A stretch of DNA of 64,000 nucleotides from Flavobacteriales bacterium (GTDB lineage: Bacteria; Bacteroidota; Bacteroidia; Flavobacteriales; UBA7312), in NCBI GenBank assembly GCA_016779995.1, contig JADHMO010000001.1:283411-347410 (forward strand), read 5' to 3'. Position numbers and translations under genes: made by a program. The notes beneath the pieces were generated by a model. The model ran no database searches, was not told the DNA's origin, and saw only the letters and a list, made by a program, of their open reading frames with translations. Position 1 is the stretch's first letter; every line of letters begins with the position of its first letter. Shown here in pieces: positions 56,713 through 64,000 of the stretch.

Positions 56713-59700
56713 TTAGCTAATACTGCAACAAGAGTAACTATAACGATAGAATAATAAACAAATGAAGGAATAGGCATTGGATCACCTTTAGCGTAAGAAT
56801 GTAAACCTGAAAGGTAGAAGTTTACTCCAAAATAGGTCATGATAATTGAACTATAAGCTACTATTGAAGCTAAGTTAAATGCAAATATTCCCTTGATTTT
56901 TGGTATGAAACGCATGTGCAAAACAAAAATATAAATTAGCATACTAGCCAAAGCCCAAGTTTCTTTAGGGTCCCAGCCCCAATATCTACCCCAAGATTCA
57001 TTAGCCCATACACCACCTAAAAAAGTACCTACGGACAACATAAATAAACCTGTTGTAATACTCATTTCATTAATAAATGTCAACTCCTTTAAACTAGCTG
57101 CTATTCTACTTTTATTCGTTGAACTTTGAATGACCATTAAGATTAAATTGAGAAATCCTAACAAGGCCCCAAGTGCCAAAAATCCATAACTAGCAGTTAT
57201 GATAGCTACATGAATGATAAGCCAATACGAATCTAAAACAGGCACTAAATTGGTAATTTCGGGGTCTAACCAATTCAAAGCCGCAACTATTAGTAATAAG
57301 GAAGATAGAATAGCTGTTGCTGCTACAGTCATTAAACTTTTTCTCGAAAAAATGAATCCAGCTAATATGGTTGCCCAAGCTATGTAAATAACACTTTCAT
57401 AAGCATTACTCCATGGTGCATGTCCAGAAATAAACCATCTGCCCATAAGACCAATTGTATGAGCTAAGAAGCCAATTCCTACTAGTACAAGAGCAAATTT
57501 TATTATATAATTACGCCATTTTCTTTCCTTTAAAATTTGCTGAATGAGTAGTAAAATCATTATTAAACCTACAATAGCATAGTAGTATGATAAGCGATTA
57601 AAAACTTTAAGCTCATTATAAAATACTTCAGATTCTATTTTCATATCCGATGGATAAACAGCAGAACCAAATTTCAATTGATAGTTTTTTATTGCGGTTA
57701 AGGTATTATTTGGCACTTCATAATCTCCGTCATTTAAGGCTTGTTGTAAACTCTTGTAATAAATAGGGAGAATATTATTCACAAATAAAGAATCATCACC
57801 CATCAGTAAACCTTGATTCATAGATGGTGATATCCATTTGTTGTTCACATCATCAGGGATTGGGAAAAAGCGCATGAAAGAACCGTTATAGACCATATAA
57901 CAAATGTTTACTCTTTCATCAACATTCATTACCTCCTTGTCATACTTACTTCTTTCGGCTGGTTTTTTAGCGTAGGCTATCTCAACATCATTTGTTAAGA
58001 CATATTTAGCCTCATCACTAAAAAATGATAAGAAGGATGTATATTTTTCTTCTAAACCTAGTTTTTCCTGTAACTCATCATTATTTACTTTTATCATTGG
58101 TGCTAACTGCCACAAATAAGGATTCTGTAACATACCCAATACCACTTGATTAGAGCTTAAACCTTTATACTCACTCTTCCTACTTACTTTTCTAAGAACT
58201 TCAGAAGTTGTTGTGCTAAAAGGTTTCAAGCGACCACCATCATCTTGAACAACTAATCTGCCAAATTTGTCAGCGTGATTTTTATCTATAGCATTGGCTT
58301 GAATAAGTGAATCCACTGATGATGAACTTTGAGCTAAAATAGAAGATGAAAGGGAAACAAAAAGCAAAAGTGAAAGCGCCCTTTTGAGCCTTAAATCATC
58401 TAGTTTTTTTCTCAATGAAGCAAAACGTGTTTTCTTAGAAAACATAGTAGCTACCATTCCCACAGTCATCATCAAATAACCTAAATAACTTATCCAAGTA
58501 CCCCAAAAATCGTGATTGACAGAAAGAACTGTTCCCAATTCGTCTTGGTCATAAGAAGATTGAAAAAAACGATAGCCTTGATAATCCAAAACGTTATTCA
58601 TAAAGATTCGATGATTGGTCTTTTCTTCACCATCTATTAGAGTCACCTCACTAGCAAAAGAAGCTGGACTATTTGAACCTGGATAACGCTCAAGCTGAAA
58701 ATCGTTCAAGCCTATGAAAAAAGGTGTTTGGTAATATTTAGAACCATAGGAAAGGGAAAAGTTTAGCCCTCCTAACTGAAACTGATTTCTATTACTAACA
58801 AAGCCCTTGTCACCAAATAACTCAATAAGCTGTTCTTCACCATTACTTCTAACCATTACCTTTAGTAAGTCTTCCATTTCTTGACCTTCAGGATTTACTC
58901 CTGCATAATGTGTCAGAGTAGCTTTTTCATTCAAAACGGGAATTACAAAATTTTGACCATCAACCATGTACAAGGAACGTAGCATTAGGGGTTGAATGCT
59001 ATCTTTTTTGACACTGCCTTGAAAACGATCTGCCATACGCATGAACTCTCCATCTGAAGGAAGTTGAACCATCAACTCATCGTTTTGATAAAAGAAATTG
59101 ACATGACCTGGCAAGGGTGTTCCAAAAGAAAAGTTTAAACCCAAATAGCGTTTTGCCCTACCCTCTTGTAAATAATAGGTTTCTCTACCATTAGCACCTG
59201 CCAAAACAATGGTAAGTGTTGGAATACCTTCACCAACAACTAAAGTATCTACGGCATTAGGAATATAATCGACGTAATCTACAGAAATATCGTTATCTAA
59301 AAACTTCACGTCTTGACTAAAATTATTGGATTTTAAAAACTCTAATGGCCCCTCATAATTGTGTAACAACAAAGGCTTATCATAACTATACTGATAAGCG
59401 TTATCATGAACATTTATCTGTAAAAAAGTACGATCAGATACAATTAGGTTAGATTGCTCACCTTCACGAATTGACATCATACCTTCAAAACTTATGTAAC
59501 GAGTAATACCTGCACCAATAACAATCATAATAAATGAAATGTGGAAAAGTAATACTGGCCATTTTTCTTTGCGCCAAAGTTTGTATCGATTGATATTCGC
59601 AATCATATTGACACTAAGAAGTACAATAATAATCTCAAACCAAGTTGTATTATATATGAGAGCTTTAGCTGTTTGAGTACCAAAATCATTTTCTATAAAA

Positions 59701-59789
59701 GTAGCATATCCGATAGCAACAAAAAACAAGAGTATCAAAATAGCCATCAGACGCATTGAAAATAAAAAGGCAATAAATTTATCTAACAT
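56685..59789 (-). CDS. ccsBA: fused cytochrome c biogenesis protein CcsBA (ResB-like plus CcsA domains, System II)
   Basis: 1034 aa. The N-terminal part is ResB-like and membrane/periplasmic. The C-terminal CcsA part carries the WWD heme-handling motif WGRYWGWDPKETW. Confidence 0.85.
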   Translation of the reverse strand: MLDKFIAFLFSMRLMAILILLFFVAIGYATFIENDFGTQTAKALIYNTTWFEIIIVLLSVNMIANINRYKLWRKEKWPVLLFHISFIMIVIGAGITRYISFEGMMSIREGEQSNLIVSDRTFLQINVHDNAYQYSYDKPLLLHNYEGPLEFLKSNNFSQDVKFLDNDISVDYVDYIPNAVDTLVVGEGIPTLTIVLAGANGRETYYLQEGRAKRYLGLNFSFGTPLPGHVNFFYQNDELMVQLPSDGEFMRMADRFQGSVKKDSIQPLMLRSLYMVDGQNFVIPVLNEKATLTHYAGVNPEGQEMEDLLKVMVRSNGEEQLIELFGDKGFVSNRNQFQLGGLNFSLSYGSKYYQTPFFIGLNDFQLERYPGSNSPASFASEVTLIDGEEKTNHRIFMNNVLDYQGYRFFQSSYDQDELGTVLSVNHDFWGTWISYLGYLMMTVGMVATMFSKKTRFASLRKKLDDLRLKRALSLLLFVSLSSSILAQSSSSVDSLIQANAIDKNHADKFGRLVVQDDGGRLKPFSTTTSEVLRKVSRKSEYKGLSSNQVVLGMLQNPYLWQLAPMIKVNNDELQEKLGLEEKYTSFLSFFSDEAKYVLTNDVEIAYAKKPAERSKYDKEVMNVDERVNICYMVYNGSFMRFFPIPDDVNNKWISPSMNQGLLMGDDSLFVNNILPIYYKSLQQALNDGDYEVPNNTLTAIKNYQLKFGSAVYPSDMKIESEVFYNELKVFNRLSYYYAIVGLIMILLLIQQILKERKWRNYIIKFALVLVGIGFLAHTIGLMGRWFISGHAPWSNAYESVIYIAWATILAGFIFSRKSLMTVAATAILSSLLLIVAALNWLDPEITNLVPVLDSYWLIIHVAIITASYGFLALGALLGFLNLILMVIQSSTNKSRIAASLKELTFINEMSITTGLFMLSVGTFLGGVWANESWGRYWGWDPKETWALASMLIYIFVLHMRFIPKIKGIFAFNLASIVAYSSIIMTYFGVNFYLSGLHSYAKGDPMPIPSFVYYSIVIVTLVAVLAKWRQKQLRN

Positions 59790-59820
59790 AAAGGTTTAAA
59801 TTTGGAAGTACAAAATTACT

Positions 59821-59828
59821 TAATTTTG
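59821..59828 (+). promoter_or_regulatory. -7 box TAATTTTG, with TTTG at 59801-59804 as a possible -33 element
   Basis: Perfect TAnnTTTG match, 33 nt upstream of the ATG at 59862. Confidence 0.4.
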
Positions 59829-59861
59829 TGGTGATTTTATCTCAATTAACTACATTTCAGT

Positions 59862-60608
59862 ATGACAAAAATAACAATGATAGGCGCAGGAAATTTAGCA
59901 ACTCATTTGTGCCGTGCATTGATAAACGCAGGTCATGAAATAATTCAGATATACAGCAGAACCGTAGAATCGGCTTCTACTCTTGCTAATGAGATAAATG
60001 TACCTTATACCACGGACACTAAAGCTATCATAAGTTCAGATTTAGCCATTATCGCAGTTAATGACGATAGTATTCAAGATATCGAAAAGCATATTACTTT
60101 CCCAAAAGTACATACTTCAGGAACAAAAGCACTATCTAACTTAAATGGAAAAAATATTGGAGTCTTTTATCCTTTACAAACCTTCAATAAAAATATAGAG
60201 GTTAACTTTAAGTCCATTCCAGTGTGTATAGAATCATCAAATAGTGATTTATTACAAACACTAAAAAACATAGCTCAATCAATTTCTGATAAAGTTTTAG
60301 AATTAAACAGCGAACAAAGAAAAAATTTGCACCTTGCTGCCGTAATTAGTTGTAACTTCAGCAATATGCTTTACCGTCTCTCTGAAGAAGTATGTCAAAA
60401 AGAAGGTATCCCTTTTGACATCTTGCATCCGTTAATTTTAGAAACAGCACAAAAGATTAAGCATACAACTCCCTCTAATGCTCAAACAGGACCAGCTAAA
60501 AGAGGTGATTTTGAAACAATAGAAAAACATTTAGTGCTTTTGCAGAATGATGAGGAAAAAAAAGAAATATATCAATTACTAACGGCAAGTATTAAAAAAC
60601 GTCAATGA
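59862..60608 (+). CDS. Rossmann-fold NAD(P)-binding protein (DUF2520-like)
   Basis: 248 aa with the N-terminal dinucleotide-binding motif MIGAGNLATHL. Confidence 0.6.
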   Translation: MTKITMIGAGNLATHLCRALINAGHEIIQIYSRTVESASTLANEINVPYTTDTKAIISSDLAIIAVNDDSIQDIEKHITFPKVHTSGTKALSNLNGKNIGVFYPLQTFNKNIEVNFKSIPVCIESSNSDLLQTLKNIAQSISDKVLELNSEQRKNLHLAAVISCNFSNMLYRLSEEVCQKEGIPFDILHPLILETAQKIKHTTPSNAQTGPAKRGDFETIEKHLVLLQNDEEKKEIYQLLTASIKKRQ

Positions 60609-61105
60609 ATTATAAAGAAAAACTAAATCACATTAAAACATTCATTTTTGATGTAGATGGTGTGCTTACAGATGGGAAAATATTACTTCACCCATCAGGA
60701 GAGCAAATGAGGAGTATGAGTGTTAAAGATGGAATGGCAATAAGAGAAGCTATTAAAAAAGGATATTTAGTTGCTATAATTTCTGGAGGAAAAAGTCAAG
60801 GCCTTACAGAACGTTTCAAACATCTTAAAATTAACGATGTATACCTTGCTTGTGACGACAAAAAAGATGCTCTTAGTGATTTAATGCATATTCACGAACT
60901 AGATTCACAATCAATTCTTTACATGGGAGATGACATCAATGATTGGGAAGTTATGAAAGAAGTAGGCTTAAGCTCATGCCCTCAAGATGCAGTACCAGAA
61001 ATAAAAGCTATTGCTGACTACATTTCACATAAAAATGGTGGTCAAGGTTGCGTCAGAGATGTAATAGAACAAACACTTAAAGTACAAGGAAAATGGTCAA
61101 ACTAA
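60605..61105 (+). CDS. kdsC: HAD-IIIA hydrolase, KDO-8-phosphate phosphatase-like
   Basis: 166 aa with the motifs FIFDVDGVLTDG and MGDDINDW. Confidence 0.8.
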   Translation: MNYKEKLNHIKTFIFDVDGVLTDGKILLHPSGEQMRSMSVKDGMAIREAIKKGYLVAIISGGKSQGLTERFKHLKINDVYLACDDKKDALSDLMHIHELDSQSILYMGDDINDWEVMKEVGLSSCPQDAVPEIKAIADYISHKNGGQGCVRDVIEQTLKVQGKWSN

Positions 61106-61998
61106 TCGATTTTTTCAGACTGATAAGAACAAAGAATCTTTTAATTATAGTTATTAGTCAATACCTAATTCGCTATGCTATAATTATACCAATGACTGAT
61201 AGTAAGAGTCTTAGTGATTTACAATTTTTCTATCTAGTATTGTCAACGATTTTTATTGCCGCTGCAGGCTATATCATTAATGACTACTTTGACACTAGAG
61301 TTGATAGACTTAACAATAGAAAATTAATAATAGACCACACTATTAAAAGACGTGAAGCTATTTTGTTACACTTTGTATTCAGCGGAATAGGTGTATTTCT
61401 AGGTTTTTTTCTAGGATGGAGAGTAGGTATTATAAATCTTGGCTTTATAAATTTATTCTGTTCCAGTGCATTATGGTTTTACTCTACTCATTTTAAACGC
61501 GCTTATTTAAGTGGTAATCTACTTATTAGCTTATTAGCTGCTTTAGTTTTACTTATTGTTCCGTTGTATGAAATAATACCCAATCCAGACACTAATAGTG
61601 AGAACGCTTTTTATATAATCTGTGGTTATGCCATTTTTGCTTTTATTACAACTTTTATTAGAGAAATAATTAAAGATTTCGAAGATGCCAGTGGAGATAA
61701 AAAAATGGGCTACACTACCTTTGCTATAGTTTCAGCTAAAACAGCTAAAAATATAGTTCAATCTTTAAGTTTAATATTAATATCTATCATTGGAGTTGTT
61801 GCCTACTTTCAACTTATGTATCCAGCATATTTAGCTGCGGCATACGTTATCTTGATAGTTGAAGTACCATTTATTTACTTTTTCATAAAGTTATTTAGTG
61901 TAAGTGATAAAAAAGGATATCACCACCTCAGCCAAACTATAAAATTAATAATGCTAACAGGAACTTTATCTATGTTAGTCTTTACACTTTTGTTTTAA
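61093..61998 (+). CDS. UbiA-family membrane prenyltransferase
   Basis: 301 aa. It has the NDYFD Asp-rich motif, a second motif KDFEDASGD, and about 8 TM helices. Confidence 0.8.
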   Translation: MVKLIDFFRLIRTKNLLIIVISQYLIRYAIIIPMTDSKSLSDLQFFYLVLSTIFIAAAGYIINDYFDTRVDRLNNRKLIIDHTIKRREAILLHFVFSGIGVFLGFFLGWRVGIINLGFINLFCSSALWFYSTHFKRAYLSGNLLISLLAALVLLIVPLYEIIPNPDTNSENAFYIICGYAIFAFITTFIREIIKDFEDASGDKKMGYTTFAIVSAKTAKNIVQSLSLILISIIGVVAYFQLMYPAYLAAAYVILIVEVPFIYFFIKLFSVSDKKGYHHLSQTIKLIMLTGTLSMLVFTLLF

Positions 61999-62007
61999 AG
62001 CTATTTT

Positions 62008-62580
62008 ATGTTAAATAACCTTAACACCAAGACTATAATATTGGCTTCCCAATCTCCTAGAAGGCAAGACTTACTTTCTGATTTAGGTATTATTTTTGAA
62101 GTAAAAACAAAACCCATAGAAGAAGATTTTCCGTCAGAGATGAACCCTCATTTAATTGCTGAATATCTAGCCAATAAGAAAAGTTCAGCATTCCATCCAA
62201 AAGGAGAAGAAATTGTAATTACAGCTGATACCATAGTAATTCATAACAATAAAGTACTAAACAAGCCCAAGAACAAGGAAGAAGCAAAAGAAATGCTCAG
62301 CAACTTATCAGGTTCAACACATGAAGTTGTTACTGGAGTTTGTATTCATCAAGAAAATAATCAATTTAGTTTTTCTGAATTAACGAAGGTACAATTCAAA
62401 GCACTCTCCGAATGGGAAATAGACTACTATGTGAACAACTACAACCCTAGTGATAAAGCAGGTGCGTATGGCATACAAGATTGGATTGGCAAAATTGGAA
62501 TAAAGTCAATTGACGGCTGCTATTACAATGTTATGGGACTTCCTTTACAAACATTATACGGTTATCTGATAAAACTTTAG
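62008..62580 (+). CDS. maf: Maf-like nucleoside triphosphate pyrophosphatase
   Basis: 190 aa with the motifs ILASQSPRR, ITADTIV and DKAGAYGIQ. Confidence 0.9.
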   Translation: MLNNLNTKTIILASQSPRRQDLLSDLGIIFEVKTKPIEEDFPSEMNPHLIAEYLANKKSSAFHPKGEEIVITADTIVIHNNKVLNKPKNKEEAKEMLSNLSGSTHEVVTGVCIHQENNQFSFSELTKVQFKALSEWEIDYYVNNYNPSDKAGAYGIQDWIGKIGIKSIDGCYYNVMGLPLQTLYGYLIKL

Positions 62581-62588
62581 TACTTTTG
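62581..62588 (+). promoter_or_regulatory. -7 box TACTTTTG upstream of the polysaccharide export genes
   Basis: Perfect TAnnTTTG match directly after the maf stop, 25 nt before the ATG at 62614. Confidence 0.4.
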
Positions 62589-62613
62589 TATTGAGTAAAT
62601 AACAAGATTTATT

Positions 62614-63369
62614 ATGAAATTTCCTTTATACATATCAATCATTTCAATGTTACTTGTATCGTGTTCGTCAATGAATAAAGTCGTATTACTTGACCAAGAC
62701 TTGGATAAAAATTCAAAAATCACAACTGCCAATTATCCAAAGCATAAACTACAAGAAGGAGATATCTTACATGTTAAAATTATAGGAGTTCAAGAAGAAT
62801 CTTTTAATATTTTCAATATTGAAAATAACGCTAACAATAGTCAAACCACCTCAGCAAACCTTTTTCTTAATGGTTTTACTATGGATAGCCAAGGCAATAT
62901 TGAAATTCCAATTCTTGGAAAAATTAATCTCAAAAACTTAACTGTTGAAGAAGCGAAAGAAAAGATTCAAACAAGAGCTAATGATTTTTTAGTTAACTCA
63001 ACGGTGATAGTCAAGCATATCAATTTTGAAATTACCATACTAGGAGAAGTCAATCGCCCTGGAACTTATACGGTTTACAAAGATAACATCACAATACTAG
63101 AAGCTTTGGGACTTTCTGGGGATTTATCAGATTATGCCAATAGAAAGAAAATCAAACTCATAAGAGACAACAATATTATCTATGTAGATTTAACCAAAAT
63201 AGAGACGCTATATTCACAAAATTTTGTGTTAAAATCTGATGATGTCATTTATGTCGAACCATTGAGAAATGTTCGTATGAGAAGCTCAAATGCTCAAATA
63301 TATATTTCTGCTATATCTAGTATTGCTCTTGTTGCAAACATTGTTTTTGGTATTTTAAACTCTAACTAA
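62614..63369 (+). CDS. wza: polysaccharide export outer-membrane protein (Wza-like)
   Basis: 251 aa with the lipobox LVSC, a Poly_export-like motif (LQEGDILHVKI), and an SLBB-like segment (VNRPGTY). Confidence 0.8.
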   Translation: MKFPLYISIISMLLVSCSSMNKVVLLDQDLDKNSKITTANYPKHKLQEGDILHVKIIGVQEESFNIFNIENNANNSQTTSANLFLNGFTMDSQGNIEIPILGKINLKNLTVEEAKEKIQTRANDFLVNSTVIVKHINFEITILGEVNRPGTYTVYKDNITILEALGLSGDLSDYANRKKIKLIRDNNIIYVDLTKIETLYSQNFVLKSDDVIYVEPLRNVRMRSSNAQIYISAISSIALVANIVFGILNSN

Positions 63370-63378
63370 AAGTTGTTC

Positions 63379-64000
63379 ATGAATCATTCGCAAGCAAATA
63401 ACGAAGAGAAAATAGACCTTAAAATTTTCATAGAAAGGTACCTTATTTTCTGGAAACAAATTCTCCTTTCCATTGTGATGTTTCTTATTGTTGGATTTAT
63501 ATACAATAGGTATTCAACAAAAATCTATAAATCTTCAACAACACTACTTATTAAGGAAGAAAGTAACGCCAGTCTAGGCTCAGATGATGTTTTTGAAGGT
63601 TTAGATTTATTCGGGGGACAAAAGAACATTAAAAATGAAATAGGTATTTTAGAATCTTTTTCATTAACAAAAAAGACATTAGAAAAACTCAATTTTAGAA
63701 TTTCATACTTTCACTCTGGTAGTTTTAAATCGGATGATATTTATAAAAAAACACCATTTATTATTACCATTGATGAATATCAACCTCAATCAATAAATCA
63801 AAAGTTCTTTATTAAGCTAATCTCTGATAACGAGTTCATCTTAACCGCAAAATTCAATAATACTAAACTATTTGATGTAAGTACAGAGACATTTATTTCA
63901 AATAAAGAGTATGATTTTAACTACGAGGGTTCACACAAGTTTGATGAAAAAATAAACACTGACTTCTTCAGTTTTACCATTTCTAAAAATGACTTATCGC
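63379..64000 (+). CDS. wzc: polysaccharide chain-length determinant / tyrosine autokinase (Wzc-like), 5' partial that runs off the window
   Basis: The frame from the ATG at 63379 stays open to the window end (hand-translated). It has an N-terminal TM helix followed by a Wzz-like pattern (STTLLIKEE...NEIGILESFSL). It is missing from the ORF track because no stop lies within the window. Confidence 0.7.
   Translation, partial: MNHSQANNEEKIDLKIFIERYLIFWKQILLSIVMFLIVGFIYNRYSTKIYKSSTTLLIKEESNASLGSDDVFEGLDLFGGQKNIKNEIGILESFSLTKKTLEKLNFRISYFHSGSFKSDDIYKKTPFIITIDEYQPQSINQKFFIKLISDNEFILTAKFNNTKLFDVSTETFISNKEYDFNYEGSHKFDEKINTDFFSFTISKNDLS

Noticed and set aside
56233-57378. ORFs 56233-56439 (+) and 57190-57378 (-) within the gpx and ccsBA genes
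   Set aside because: These are antisense or alternative-frame ORFs inside motif-supported genes.

Overview
Low-GC chromosomal window, probably from a Bacteroidota (Flavobacteriia-like) genome. Supporting signs are TAnnTTTG -7 promoter boxes, four T9SS-sorted cargo proteins, bacillithiol genes (bshC, bshB1), a fused ccsBA and the rpmB/rpmG/DUF4295/ftsY neighbourhood. Most of the window is housekeeping: ftsK-lolA, guaA, rimO, ftsY, hisS, cinA, copA, kdsC, maf, wza/wzc, a DPP-IV plus POT peptide-utilisation pair, and tRNA-His. Two regions look accessory. (1) At 5.8-13.7 kb there is a cluster of T9SS type-B adhesin-like genes. A 1484-aa multidomain gene sits next to three smaller genes that are together collinear with it. 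(2) At 20.0-29.4 kb there is a seven-gene operon with almost no intergenic gaps: half-size hsdS, hsdM, full hsdS, a 151-aa protein, a Hanks-type Ser/Thr kinase, hsdR and a YgjP/DUF45-like metalloprotease. The best candidate for an undescribed system is the 151-aa protein plus kinase cassette, which sits between hsdS and hsdR, the position PrrC occupies in the E. coli prr locus. By eye the 151-aa protein resembles a RuvC/RNase H-like fold with its acidic catalytic residues replaced. No CRISPR array, integrase, transposase or prophage genes were seen. All functional calls rest on motif recognition by eye, since no searches could be run.
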